Shown: piece by piece, positions 29,280-39,741 of the stretch
Layout: every line of letters starts with the position of its first letter
Numbering within the stretch: position 1 is the first letter of the stretch
Source: an uncultured Alphaproteobacteria bacterium
GTDB taxonomy: Bacteria > Pseudomonadota > Alphaproteobacteria > Rhizobiales > Beijerinckiaceae
DNA: 64,000 bases
Direction of reading: 5' to 3'
NCBI GenBank assembly: GCA_963709185.1
Contig: CAVPVQ010000029.1
Span: forward strand, 1,122-65,121
Notes under the pieces: model-generated
What the model saw: the letters and a program-made list of their open reading frames with translations, nothing else
Told to the model about the DNA's origin: nothing
Databases searched by the model: none
Translations under genes and position numbers: made by a program

Positions 29280-30113
29280 CTAACTCTGGCTCTGGCTTTG
29301 GCCCTGCCGGTGGGCGTGGCCGATCCTCAAGGACATGCTGAGCGTTTCGCTGCCGAAGCCGGCCCGCGCTCCGCGAACCGGCGCGGCGCTCTGATAGTCG
29401 AAGCCGACCGCCACACGCACGTAGCGCTCGTCGGCGCAGACGTCGTTGGCCGCGTCGAACGCCACCCAGCCGAGACCGGGCACGTAGGACTCCGCCCAGG
29501 CGTGGCCGGCGTCCGGCGAATCGGCGTCCGGGCGCACGAAATAGCCGCTGACGTAGCGCGCCGGCATCCCCAGCCAGCGCGAGCAGGCGATGAACACATG
29601 CGCGAAATCCCGGCCGACGCCGTTGCGCAGCGCGAAGGCCTCGGCCGCGGTGGTGGTCGCCGGCGTCGGCGCCGGAGCGAAGGTCATCGCCTCATAAATC
29701 GCCGCCATCAACGGATGCAGGCGATCGAGCGCCTCGCGCTTGCCCGTCGTCGCGGCCTCGGCGAATTCGCGCAACGCGCCATTGGCTTCGGCCAGAGGGG
29801 CGGCGCGCAGGTAGATCTCCGGCGGCAGCGGCTCGATCGAACCGCGCACCACGCCGACCGAGTCGAAGGTCTCGACCTCCCCCTCGGCGGTGACCCCGAT
29901 GCGCTCCAGCGGGCCGGGATGGGAAAACGAATGGACGATGTTGCCGAGCGAATCCTCGCTCTGGCGCAACGCGCAGTCGATGTCGGTGGCGATCCGCCAC
30001 CGCGACACATATTGCGCCTCGAAGCTGCGCGGGGTGAGGCGCAGGACCTGGATGATCGAACGCGCGGCCGGCGCATAGGCGTAGGAGGCTTGTTGCGAAA
30101 TCCTGATCCGCAT
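29280..30113 (-). CDS. Transglutaminase-like protein (N-terminal beta domain plus core); catalytic Cys position reads Gly
   Basis: LRLTPR, GNIVH, ARYVSGY, HAWAE, GWVAFD, YVRVAVGFDY; GVGRDFAH in place of GVCQDFAH. Confidence 0.88.
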   Translation of the reverse strand: MRIRISQQASYAYAPAARSIIQVLRLTPRSFEAQYVSRWRIATDIDCALRQSEDSLGNIVHSFSHPGPLERIGVTAEGEVETFDSVGVVRGSIEPLPPEIYLRAAPLAEANGALREFAEAATTGKREALDRLHPLMAAIYEAMTFAPAPTPATTTAAEAFALRNGVGRDFAHVFIACSRWLGMPARYVSGYFVRPDADSPDAGHAWAESYVPGLGWVAFDAANDVCADERYVRVAVGFDYQSAAPVRGARAGFGSETLSMSLRIGHAHRQGQSQSQS

Positions 30114-30209
30114 CGCGCGCACTCAGCTTTGTTCAGGTCGAACCACAAGGCATTGATTTATATGGATTTCGCGTCGGGCGGGAGGCCCGGCGCGCCGCGG
30201 CCCGCCAAG

Positions 30210-31169
30210 TCAGGTGAACAGGTATTGCTCCGAGATGGTCGCCGCAAGCCGGGCGTTGTCGTCCAGAAAGGCGGTGATGAATTCATGCAGGCCGCTCTGG
30301 AAGATTTCCGACATCGTCGCCCGCTCGAGACGCGACATCATCGCGCGCGCCTGGCGCTGCGAGGCGCCGCTGCGGCCGTCGTCGCGGGCCAGCAAGTCCA
30401 GCGCCCGGTCGATGCTTTCGTAGCATGAGATCAGCGAGCGCGGCATCGCCGACTTGAGGATCAGCAGGTCGGCGATCAGCCACGGCTTGACCCGGTCGCG
30501 ATACACCCAGTGATACGAGGTGGTCGCCGACACCGCGCGCAGGATCGCCACCCATTGAAAATAGTCCAGCGAGCCGCCGACCTCTTCGTCGGACGGCAGC
30601 AGCAGGTGATATTTCACGTCGAGCAGACGCGCCGTGTTGTCGGCGCGCTCGACGAAAATCCCGAGGCGGTTGAACCAGTAGGCGTCGTTGCGCAGCATGG
30701 TGCGGTAGCAGGCGCCGTCGAAATCGAGCGAGGCCTTCTTCACATAGTCGAGGAAGCGGACCAGCGACTCCCGATCGAAATCCTTGGCCCCGCGGCGGCG
30801 CGATTCGAAGCGCTTGAGTTCGAGCCACGCGTCGTTGATCGCGGTCCAGGTTTCCGCGGTCAGGGCGGTGCGCACCGCCCGCCCGGTGGCGCGGGCGTTC
30901 TCCAGGCAATTGCAGATCGAGGACGGGTTCGAGCGGTCGAAGGTGAGGAATTCGACGGCGCCGGGCTCGTCGAGCGCCTCGTGGCTTTCGAGAAAGGCGT
31001 CGAGGGCGCCGACCGACGACAGCGCGCCCTCCCATTCGGCGGTGTCCTCGGGGCCTGATTTCGGCAGGATTTCAAGGCGCAAGGTGGCTTCGATGGTGCG
31101 CGCCGTGAAGTCGGCCCGCTCCATCGAGCGGGCCAGCCAGAACAGATTGTCGGCGGTGCGCGCCAGCAT
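30210..31169 (-). CDS. Alpha-E domain protein (DUF403)
   Basis: MLARTADNLFWLARSMERA..ENARATGR..GIFVERADNTARLLDVKY. Confidence 0.92.
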   Translation of the reverse strand: MLARTADNLFWLARSMERADFTARTIEATLRLEILPKSGPEDTAEWEGALSSVGALDAFLESHEALDEPGAVEFLTFDRSNPSSICNCLENARATGRAVRTALTAETWTAINDAWLELKRFESRRRGAKDFDRESLVRFLDYVKKASLDFDGACYRTMLRNDAYWFNRLGIFVERADNTARLLDVKYHLLLPSDEEVGGSLDYFQWVAILRAVSATTSYHWVYRDRVKPWLIADLLILKSAMPRSLISCYESIDRALDLLARDDGRSGASQRQARAMMSRLERATMSEIFQSGLHEFITAFLDDNARLAATISEQYLFT

Positions 31170-31172
31170 GAT

Positions 31173-32621
31173 TCAGCCGCCTCCGCCGCTTGCCGGTTCG
31201 TCGTCGACGACCCAGGTGTCCTTGGTGCCGCCGCCCTGGCTGGAATTGACCACCAGCGACCCTTCGGTCAGCGCCACGCGGGTCAGGCCGCCCGGCACGA
31301 TCTTGACGCCGTTGGCGCCCGACAGCGCGAAGGGCCGCAGATCGACGTGGCGCGGCGAAACGCCGCTGTCGAACGAAGCGGGGCAGGTCGACAGCGCCAG
31401 CGTCGGCTGGGCGATGAAATTGGCCGGATCGGCCTTCAGCTTGGCGGCGAAAATTTCGCGTTGCGCGGCGCTGGCGTGCGGGCCGACCAGCATGCCGTAG
31501 CCGCCGGAGCCGTTGACCTCCTTGACCACCAGCGCGTCCAGGTTGTCGAGCACATGCGAGAGCGCCGCCGGTTCGCGGCAACGGAAGGTCGGCACATTCG
31601 CCAGCAGCGGCTCCTCGTCGAGATAAAACCGTATGATCTCCGGCACATAGCTATAGAGCGCCTTGTCGTCGGCGACGCCGGTGCCCACTGCATTGGCGAT
31701 AGTCACATTGCCTGCCAAATAGGCGCCGGTGAGACCGGGCACGCCCAGCACCGACGCCGGATTGAACACCAGCGGATCGAGAAAGTCGTCGTCGACGCGC
31801 CGGTAGATGACATCGACCCGCTGCGGACCCCGGGTCGTGCGCATGTAGACGACTTCTTCGGAGACGAACAGGTCGCGTCCCTCGACCAGTTCGACGCCGA
31901 GCTTGTCGGCGAGGAAGGAATGTTCGTAATAGGCGGAATTGAACGGCCCCGGCGTCAGGAGCACGATGACCGCCTCCTCGTAGCCGACGCGCGGCGCCAC
32001 CGAGCGCAGGCAGGACAGCAGCGCGTCGGGATAGTTGTCGACCGGCGCGACGCGGTGCTTGGCGAACAGGTCCGGCATTAACCGCATCGTCACTTCGCGA
32101 TTTTCCAGCATGTAGGACACGCCGGAGGGCGTTCGGGCGTTGTCTTCAAGCACGTAGAATTCGTCGCCGTCGACCCGCACGATGTCGATGCCGGCGATAT
32201 GCACCCAGATGTCGTGGGGCGCCCGTCGGCCGATCATTTCAGGCCGGTAGTAGGGGTTGCGCAAAATGAGTTCGGGAGGAATCAGGCCCTCTTTGAGGAT
32301 CGCGCGGGGACCGTAGACGTCGCGCAGGAACAGATTGAGCGCGTTGACGCGCTGGGTGATGCCCGCCTCCAGGCGCGTCCACTCGGCCCGCGAGATCAGG
32401 CGCGGAATGATGTCGAACGGGATGAGCCGCTCGGCCGCGTCCTTGTCGCCATAGACGCCGAAGGTGATGCCGATGCGGCGAAACATATATTCGGCCTGCG
32501 CCCGACGCGCCGCCAGCACGTCGGCCGGCGTCTCCTCCAGCCACCGCTCGATGCGGCGATAGAGCGGGCGCACCGCGTCCTTTTCGAGGCCCATTTCGTC
32601 GAAGAATCGCGGCGCCGGCAT
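31173..32621 (-). CDS. Circularly permuted type 2 ATP-grasp protein (DUF404/DUF407)
   Basis: GITFGVY, GIDIVR, VLEDNARTPSGVSY, IYRRVDDDFLDP, RHVDLRPF, VVNSSQGGGTKDTWV. Confidence 0.92.
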   Translation of the reverse strand: MPAPRFFDEMGLEKDAVRPLYRRIERWLEETPADVLAARRAQAEYMFRRIGITFGVYGDKDAAERLIPFDIIPRLISRAEWTRLEAGITQRVNALNLFLRDVYGPRAILKEGLIPPELILRNPYYRPEMIGRRAPHDIWVHIAGIDIVRVDGDEFYVLEDNARTPSGVSYMLENREVTMRLMPDLFAKHRVAPVDNYPDALLSCLRSVAPRVGYEEAVIVLLTPGPFNSAYYEHSFLADKLGVELVEGRDLFVSEEVVYMRTTRGPQRVDVIYRRVDDDFLDPLVFNPASVLGVPGLTGAYLAGNVTIANAVGTGVADDKALYSYVPEIIRFYLDEEPLLANVPTFRCREPAALSHVLDNLDALVVKEVNGSGGYGMLVGPHASAAQREIFAAKLKADPANFIAQPTLALSTCPASFDSGVSPRHVDLRPFALSGANGVKIVPGGLTRVALTEGSLVVNSSQGGGTKDTWVVDDEPASGGGG

Positions 32622-32708
32622 TGCGTGTTTCCCAAAGGCGGCCAGGGGCCGGTCGCAGACTAGCAAGAGCCATACCGTCGCCGCCGGGGGCGCTTGCCCG
32701 CCCGTCGA

Positions 32709-33364
32709 TCATCGCGCCAAATGGGCCAGCGCCTCCCTGCCGCACATCGGCCTGGCGATCGGCCAGGCGCCGAAATCGGCCTCCACGCTGAGCGCCCGCC
32801 CAAGCATCTGCAGATAGGCGCTCCGACTGACCTCGATGGCCCCGAGGCTCGCCAGATGCGGGGTGACGAACTGGGTGTCGAGCAGGCGGTAGCCGCCCAG
32901 ACGCAGGCGCGCCACCAGATGGGCGAGCGCGACCTTCGAGGCGTCGCGCGCCCGATGGAACATGCTCTCCCCGAAGAAGGCGGCGCCCAGCGACACGCCG
33001 TAGAGACCCCCGCCAGCGCGCCGTCTTCGAAAACCTCGATCGAATGGGCGCGCCCGGCCTCGAACAACTCGCGATAGAGGCGGCGGATTTCCGCGTTGAT
33101 CCAGGTCTTGTCGCGGTTCGCGCAGGCGACGACGACGTCATCGAAGCGTTCGTCGGCGCGGACCTCGAACCGGTCGGCGCGCAGGGTCCTGGCGAGGCTG
33201 CGCGAGATCACCAGGCCGTCGAGCGGAAACACGCCCCGCTCCTTGGGGTCGACCCAGAACAGGGTCGAGGACTCGCAGCTCTCGGCCATCGGAAACAGGC
33301 CGATCGAATAGGCCCGCAGCAGAATGTCGGCGGTGATCTCGAAGGATTCGGCGGGTCGCGACAT
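32709..33364 (-). CDS. aat: Leucyl/phenylalanyl-tRNA--protein transferase; 1-G deletion near 33007-33011
   Basis: [28 protein letters not shown]; after the shift [39 protein letters not shown]. Confidence 0.9.
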
Positions 33365-33502
33365 CAGCCGATGTTGCGGCGCGCGTCGGGCCGGGTCAAG
33401 CAGGATCAGCCCGACTGTTCACCGCGGCCGACCACCAAACGGCGTCTTCCCCCGATCGGGCCAATCTGCGACCATGCCGCCTTCAACGACAGGGAGGGCG
33501 CG

Positions 33503-34783
33503 ATGAGCGACCAGGAGCCGGGATTTTCGACCTTATCGATTCACGCGGGCGCGCGGCCCGATCCGACGACCGGCGCCCGGGTGACGCCGATCTATCAGAC
33601 GACCGCCTTCGTGTTCGATGACGTCGACCATGCCGCCTCGCTGTTCGCCCTGCAGGCCTTCGGCAACATCTACACCCGCATCACCAACCCGACGACCGCG
33701 GTGCTGGAGGAGCGGGTGGCGGCGCTGGAGGGCGGCCCGGCGGCGCTGGCGGTCGCCTCGGGCCACGCGGCGCAGGCCGTGGTGTTCCACACCTTGCTGC
33801 AGTCAGGCGACGAATTCGTTGCTTCGACAAAGCTTTATGGCGGTTCCATCAACCAGTTCAACCATGCCTTCAAGAACTTCAACTGGCAGGTGAAATGGGC
33901 CAATCCCGACGAGCCGCAGTCCTTCGACGCCGCCATCACCGAACGGACGAAGGCGATTTTCGTCGAGTCGATCGCCAATCCCGGCGGCGTCGTCACCGAC
34001 CTCGCGGCGATCGCGGCGATCGCCAAGCGCGCCAACCTGCCGCTGATCGTCGACAACACTTTGGCCACCCCCTACCTCATCCGCCCGATCGACTACGGCG
34101 CCGACATCGTCATCCATTCCGCGACCAAATATCTCGGCGGCCACGGCAATTCGATGGGCGGGGTGATCGTCGACGGCGGCTCGTTCGAATGGTCGGGCGA
34201 CAAGCGCTATCCGATGCTTTCGGCGCCGCGGCCCGAATATAACGGCATGGTGCTCTCCGAGACCTTCGGCAATTTCGCCTTTGCGATCGCCTGCCGGGTG
34301 CTCGGCCTTCGCGATCTCGGACCGGCGATTTCGCCGTTCAATTCGTTCCTGATCCTGACCGGCATCGAGACGCTGAGCCTGCGCATGCAGCGCCATTGCG
34401 ACAACACGCTGGCGGTTGCGCAGCACCTCGCCCAGCACGACAGGGTCGGATGGGTCTCCTATCCCGGCCTCGCCGGCGACCGCTATCACGAGCTCGCCAG
34501 AAAATACTGCCCGAAGGGGGCCGGCGGCGTCTTCACTTTCGGGGTCAAGGGCGGCTACGACGCAGGCATTTCCCTGGTGCGCAACCTCAAGCTGTTTTCG
34601 CATCTGGCCAATATCGGCGACACCCGCTCGCTGGTCATTCACCCGGCCTCGACGACCCATCGCCAGATCAGCGACGCCCAGAAGGTCGCCGCAGGCGCCG
34701 GCCCCGACGTCGTGCGCCTGTCGATCGGCCTCGAAGACGTCGCCGATCTGATCGCCGATCTCGATGAGGCGCTGGCGGTGTAA
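33503..34783 (+). CDS. metY: O-acetylhomoserine aminocarboxypropyltransferase (OAH/OAS sulfhydrylase)
   Basis: GGAGG RBS; PIYQTTAF, YTRITNPT, HSATKYLGGHG PLP lysine, HLANIGD, HPASTTH. Confidence 0.9.
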   Translation: MSDQEPGFSTLSIHAGARPDPTTGARVTPIYQTTAFVFDDVDHAASLFALQAFGNIYTRITNPTTAVLEERVAALEGGPAALAVASGHAAQAVVFHTLLQSGDEFVASTKLYGGSINQFNHAFKNFNWQVKWANPDEPQSFDAAITERTKAIFVESIANPGGVVTDLAAIAAIAKRANLPLIVDNTLATPYLIRPIDYGADIVIHSATKYLGGHGNSMGGVIVDGGSFEWSGDKRYPMLSAPRPEYNGMVLSETFGNFAFAIACRVLGLRDLGPAISPFNSFLILTGIETLSLRMQRHCDNTLAVAQHLAQHDRVGWVSYPGLAGDRYHELARKYCPKGAGGVFTFGVKGGYDAGISLVRNLKLFSHLANIGDTRSLVIHPASTTHRQISDAQKVAAGAGPDVVRLSIGLEDVADLIADLDEALAV

Positions 34784-34816
34784 CGCGGCAATTCCGGGGC
34801 CTCGCCGCGGATCCGG

Positions 34817-34838
34817 GGCAATTGTGTTTACAATTGCC
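34817..34838. promoter_or_regulatory. Perfect palindrome GGCAATTGT-gttt-ACAATTGCC, probable BrnA autoregulatory operator
   Basis: 9-bp perfect arms 35 nt upstream of the brnT start. Confidence 0.65.
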
Positions 34839-34873
34839 TATACATGCCCTATCTCTGATCGGGATCGGAAAGC

Positions 34874-35173
34874 ATGGAATTTTCCGGCTTTGATTGGGAT
34901 GAAGCCAATCGGCGCAAATGCCAGAAGCACGGGGTTTCGATCGCCGAGATCGAGAGCTTGTTTGGCGGGAGCGTCGTCATCCTTCCCGACGCCGATCACT
35001 CCCAAACGGAACGACGGTTCCGCGCGATCGGCAGAACATCGGTAGGTCGGGTGGTATTTGTCGTCTTCACGGAGCGATGGCACGGCCGGGACATGAATAT
35101 TCGTCCGATCAGCGCCCGCTATATGCATCGCAGAGAGGCGAGCAACTATGAAAAAGCCTATCCCGAGCTTTAA
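34874..35173 (+). CDS. brnT: BrnT-family toxin (DUF497)
   Basis: FDWDEAN.RK..KHGVS..E.RFRAIG..VVFT.R..IRPISAR. Confidence 0.88.
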   Translation: MEFSGFDWDEANRRKCQKHGVSIAEIESLFGGSVVILPDADHSQTERRFRAIGRTSVGRVVFVVFTERWHGRDMNIRPISARYMHRREASNYEKAYPEL

Positions 35174-35402
35174 GACCGACGAGGAAGCCGAGCATTTCGT
35201 CGACACCGCGGACCTAAGCGAATACGATCTGTCGGGCGGCCGGATTATGCGCTTCGAACTGAAGCCCAAGGACAAATCGATCAACCTGCGCTTGCCCGAA
35301 CAGCTTCTCGAGGCGGTCCGCAGCCGCGCCACCCGCGCGGGCATTCCCTACCAGCGCTTCATCCGCATGGCCCTCGAACGCGCCTTGCAAGACCACAAGT
35401 AG
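35148..35402 (+). CDS. brnA: BrnA/CopG-like antitoxin
   Basis: IPSFKTDEEAE.F..DLSEYD..KDKSINLRL..GIPYQRFIR; overlaps the toxin. Confidence 0.85.
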   Translation: MKKPIPSFKTDEEAEHFVDTADLSEYDLSGGRIMRFELKPKDKSINLRLPEQLLEAVRSRATRAGIPYQRFIRMALERALQDHK

Positions 35403-35405
35403 CGC

Positions 35406-35855
35406 TCATTCCGGCCAGAATTCGTCGTCCATCAACTGATCGAACGACCAGGGACAGCCCGCCGGGAAAGTCTCGGCGTCGAGGCCGGTTTCCCGTTGTG
35501 CGCCGATCACAGCGAGCCGATAAGCATCGGCGATCGCAGTCGCCTGCTGGGCTTTCAGACTCGGATTGTCGGCAAGGTGGCTCGCGACCTGGAGTCGTTG
35601 CTCCTGGACGCTAAGTCGCCAACTCCTGCTTCGGAACTCCGGCTGGAATCGCCATTTGAGAAGATGCAGCAGCAGCACCGTGAGGCGACTGACGAGTTCG
35701 CGCTTCTCGGTCCTGCCCATGCTCTCGATTTCCTCGGCGATATGTTCGAGCTCCGCCTGCGCGAGCTTGCCGGCGCGCAAGAGGGCGGCCTGTTCGTTCG
35801 CCCAGGCGTAAAAGTCACGATCATAATTGCTGTCAGGCGCGGCCAGCTTCGTCAT
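35406..35855 (-). CDS. DUF29-family protein
   Basis: YDRDFYAWANEQA.LLR..HIAEEIESMG..LLHLLKW..W..QR..NPSLK..CPWSFDQL. Confidence 0.9.
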   Translation of the reverse strand: MTKLAAPDSNYDRDFYAWANEQAALLRAGKLAQAELEHIAEEIESMGRTEKRELVSRLTVLLLHLLKWRFQPEFRSRSWRLSVQEQRLQVASHLADNPSLKAQQATAIADAYRLAVIGAQRETGLDAETFPAGCPWSFDQLMDDEFWPE

Positions 35856-35913
35856 GGCGACATTCTATTCAATCCGCCGCCTATTGAGAAGGATAGACCC
35901 CGACAGCGCCGAG

Positions 35914-36916
35914 CTACCCCCCGCTTGTCGCGCGCCAATGGGCGACCGCCATGCCGAACAGCAGCATCGCAAGGGCCTGGTGCATCAGTCCCGCCCAGAT
36001 CGGTGCGACGAGCAGCAGCGTGACCACGCCGAGCGCCGCCTGCGCCAGCGCCAGAGCGCCGACCGCCAGCGCGCGGCGCGCCAGCGCGGTTCCGGGCGCG
36101 GCGCGGTTGACCGCGACGGCATGCCACAGCGCCGCCGCAACCACGACATAGGCGAGCAGACGGTGATCGAACTGCACGGTGGTCACGTCTTCGAACAGAT
36201 TGCGCGGCCACGGCGAGAGGGTGAACAGCCCTTCGGGGATCAGCCGCCCGTCCATCAACGGCCAGGTGTTGAAGGTGAGCCCGGCGCGCAGGCCGGCGAC
36301 CAGCGCGCCGAGGCCAAGCTGGCAGAACACCAGCGCCGCCAGAACGCCGCTGGCTGTGGCGAAGCGCCGCGCCGCCGCTTCGCGCGGGCGCTGGCGGAGG
36401 CCGACAGCGGCCCACAGCAGCGCGCCAAAGGTCGCGGCGGCGATCAGCAAATGGGCGGCGAGCCGGTATTGCGACACTTCGACGCGTTCGCTGAGGCCCG
36501 AGGCGACCATCCACCAACCGACGATCGGCTCCAGCGCCAGCAAGCCCGTCGCGACGAGCACCGGACGTCCGATCGGCCCGGCGAGCCGCCCTTTGCGCCA
36601 GAACCACAGCAGTGGCAGGACGAAGGCGGCGCCGATGATCCGCGCGAGCAAGCGGTGCGCCCATTCCCAGTAGAAGATCGCCTTGAACCCATCGAGACTC
36701 ATGTCCGGGTTCAATTCGGCATATTGCGGGATTTGCCGGTAGCGGGCGAACTCCGCCTGCCAGTCGGCCTCGCTCAAGGGGGGAACCACCCCGGTCACCG
36801 GCTGCCATCTGGTGATCGACAGACCCGAACTCGGTCAGCCGCGTCGCGCCGCCGACCAGAACCATCGCGAACACCAGCGCCGCGACGGCGAACAGCCAGA
36901 CGCGGACGCCGCGCAT
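35914..36916 (-). CDS. ctaA: Heme A synthase COX15/CtaA; +1 base near 36829
   Basis: VGGATRLTE[SGLSIT]..PPLSEADW..FKAIFYWEWAHRLLAR..GWWMVASGL..RLAAHL..QFDHRLLAY..HQALA. Confidence 0.9.
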
Positions 36917-37088
36917 GGTCGGGTCGAACCGCGACGCCGGCGCGGCGGCGAGCCGGCGCGATGAGGCTTTGAGCAGCGGACATGCTAAACTCCGGCGACG
37001 GCCGCTTGAAACGCACGCCGCCCGGAGACATAAACGCCCGCGCCGCCTGCGACAAACGCCATTGTGTCGCGGCGCATGGAGAATTCCG

Positions 37089-37304
37089 ATGCCCCGTCGC
37101 GCCCGCAAGCTGATCGGCGGCGCCGCCATGCTGGTGTTCGTGGTGGCCTACGCGCTGGTCGCGATGGCGCTCGCCCAGGCGCGCCCGCTGCAGGAAGCGC
37201 CGGCGATCGTGCAGAGTCTCGGCTATGTCATTCTCGGCCTCGCCTGGACCCTGCCGCTGATGCCGCTCATCAAATGGATGGAGCGGCCGGATCGGCGCGC
37301 GTGA
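37089..37304 (+). CDS. DUF2842 small membrane protein
   Basis: RARKLIGG..YAL..Y.ILGLAWTLPLMPLIKWM. Confidence 0.85.
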   Translation: MPRRARKLIGGAAMLVFVVAYALVAMALAQARPLQEAPAIVQSLGYVILGLAWTLPLMPLIKWMERPDRRA

Positions 37305-37393
37305 GCTCAAAGCAACTCAACGGACGAGTTACGTGAAAAAGACCGGCGCTGCGCAGCAACCGCCCGGCACGAGCCGACAACGAAGGACCGCCA

Positions 37394-38677
37394 ATGACCG
37401 CCGAAGCGCCAGCGCCTCCCCTGCTCCAGCTCGCCACCTTCGACGGCGCGCTGGGGCGACGGGTCATCGACACCCATATCTGGGCGGTCCGGGAGGGATT
37501 GCGCGGCGCCACCGCTTACGACCTGTTCGACGGCTATTGCCAGCGCCTGGTGGTGGACGGCGTCATGCTGTGGCGCGGCCACGTGGCGATGGAGACGCTC
37601 CATCCGCAATGGAGCGGCTACGGCTACACCTGGCGGCGCGACCTCAACGCGATCCAGCCGCAGCAATATGCGCATGACGCCGATGATGCGATCTGGCTGA
37701 GCAGCCCGCTCTACGACCTGATTCGCCGAGCGCATGCGGGAGAGGACAGCCCGCAAATGCGCCGCCGCCTGACGGAAGGCCCGGAGCAGCGCGATTTCGT
37801 CGTCCTCGAGGAATTCTTCGCCGGCGGCGCGACGGACTATTTCGCCAAGCTGTTCGTTTTCGGAGAGGGCGGCGACCGCTCGCACGGATCGGGCGCCGTC
37901 TATTCCTTCGCGACCGACCGACGCGGCGGGTTCACCGAGGACGACACGACGCTGTTGCAGATGACGCTTCCGGCGCTATCGCTGGCGGTCAAGGCGCATG
38001 CGGGCCATGTCATCGCGTCGGGATTGCTGCAGACCTATCTTGGCGAGGACGCCGGTCGGCGCGTTCACGCCGGCGCCGTCGTGCGCGGATCGGTGGACAG
38101 CGTGCACGCGGTGCTGTGGTACGCCGACATCCGCGGCTTCACGCGCGCCAGCGACGCCGCCCCTGGCCTGCTCATCATCGAGATGCTCGACGACGTCTTC
38201 GAGATCATGACCGCGGCGCTTCGCCCCCATGGCGGCCAGGTGCTCAAGTTCATCGGCGACGGGCTGCTGGCGACCTTCGCCTTCGAGCCGGCTGACCGCG
38301 CGCGGACTTGCCAGCGGGCGCTCGACGCCGCCACGCAGGCGATGCGCGAACTCGAAGCACGCAATGTAGCGCGCATGGCGGCTGGCGTTCCGGTCGTGAC
38401 AGTCGATCTCGCCCTCCATCTTGGCGACGTGCTCTACGGCAATGTCGGCGCGGCCGACCGGCTCGACTTCACGGTGATCGGCCCCGCGGTCAACGAGGTC
38501 GCCCGCATCGAGGCGCTATGCGAGCCGCTGGGCCGCGCGGTGCTGGCTTCGGCGGAGTTCGTGGCGGCGGCGCAGGGCGCCGGAGATCGTCTTGAATCGC
38601 TCGGCCGCTACACGCTTCGCGGGGTCAGCGAGGCGAAGGAAATCTTCGCGCTGGACCTGACCGCCGCCGCGCAATAG
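37394..38677 (+). CDS. Soluble class III adenylate/guanylate cyclase with an N-terminal GAF-like region
   Basis: TLHPQW, LQTYLGEDAG.RV, WYADIRGFT, LKFIGDGLLA, GNVG..RLDFTVIGPAVNEVARIE. Confidence 0.88.
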   Translation: MTAEAPAPPLLQLATFDGALGRRVIDTHIWAVREGLRGATAYDLFDGYCQRLVVDGVMLWRGHVAMETLHPQWSGYGYTWRRDLNAIQPQQYAHDADDAIWLSSPLYDLIRRAHAGEDSPQMRRRLTEGPEQRDFVVLEEFFAGGATDYFAKLFVFGEGGDRSHGSGAVYSFATDRRGGFTEDDTTLLQMTLPALSLAVKAHAGHVIASGLLQTYLGEDAGRRVHAGAVVRGSVDSVHAVLWYADIRGFTRASDAAPGLLIIEMLDDVFEIMTAALRPHGGQVLKFIGDGLLATFAFEPADRARTCQRALDAATQAMRELEARNVARMAAGVPVVTVDLALHLGDVLYGNVGAADRLDFTVIGPAVNEVARIEALCEPLGRAVLASAEFVAAAQGAGDRLESLGRYTLRGVSEAKEIFALDLTAAAQ

Positions 38678-38684
38678 GCCCGCG

Positions 38685-39741
38685 TCAGGCGACGTTGAGC
38701 CGCCGCCCGCGGTTCCATAGCGCGAACGGGGCGCCCGACAGCAGCACCTCGCAATAGCCGACATCCTGCCAATTGCCGTTGAGCGAAACGCGCGGCAGCG
38801 CAGTCAGGTGATCGCGGTGCGCGGGAAAGAGCATGCCGGGCCGGGTGGTCACCGCGCTCGCAAAGCCGAGTTCGCGCGCCAGGTCGAATTCGCGCCGCCC
38901 CGCGCTGCCGGGATCGCCGACCGGATAGGCGAAATGGCGGACCGGCCGGCCGAGCTTCTCCTCGATCCGCCGTTTCGACGTGCGCATTTCCTCCCTTGCA
39001 ACGTCAAGCGGCCATTTGGCGAGCATCTTGTGGCTGACCGAATGGGCGCCGATCGTCGCCAGCGGATGGCTGGCGAGCGCGGCGATCTCGGTCCAGTCCA
39101 TGCACAGCGTGTCGACGAACGCCGCGCGGTCGACGCCGTGGCGCTCCGCGAGATTCGCCACGACGCGCAGCAGCCGCGCCTCGGAGCCGCCGCGCAGCGC
39201 CCAGTAGATGCGCTCGAAGGCTTCGCGTCTTCTCGCGCGGCGTTCCGGTCGGCAGGTCGAGCGACAGGCCCTCGTCGTCGATCGCCACGCGGCCGGCGCG
39301 GCGCAGCGCCGCTTCGAGCTCCAGCCACCACATCCCGGCGGTGCGCTCGGCGAATCCGGTCGCGACAAAGACCGTGAACGGCGCCCGATGGCGCTCCAGC
39401 ACCGGCAGCGCGAAACTCACCGTGTCGCGATAGCCGTCGTCGAAGGTCAGCGCCACGAAGGGGGGCGCGCCGCCGTCGGCGAGCCGCGCCGCGGCCTCGT
39501 CCATCGCGACGATGTCGAAGCCGAGCCGCCGCGCCAGAACCAGCACGTCGTCGAGGAATTCCGGGGTGATTTCGAGCAGCCGGTTGGGCGTGAACCCCGG
39601 CGATTCCGGCCGCCAGGGGCGGACATGATGAAGCATCAGCACGGCGCCCCGCCCGCGCGTCGCCGCTCCGGCGAGCCGGTGCAGCCCGGTGAGGCGGAAC
39701 GCGGCAAAGCCGGCGCCGATGATGCTGTCCTTCAAACCCAT
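38685..39741 (-). CDS. Polysaccharide deacetylase (CE4); frameshift near 39225
   Basis: LMLHHV, ALTFDDGYRD, TIGAHSVSH, HFAYPVG, LPRVSLNG. Confidence 0.87.

Noticed and set aside
33365-33502. SAM-II/SAM-SAH riboswitch upstream of metY
   Set aside because: The short divergent spacer lacks the conserved SAM-II core sequences.
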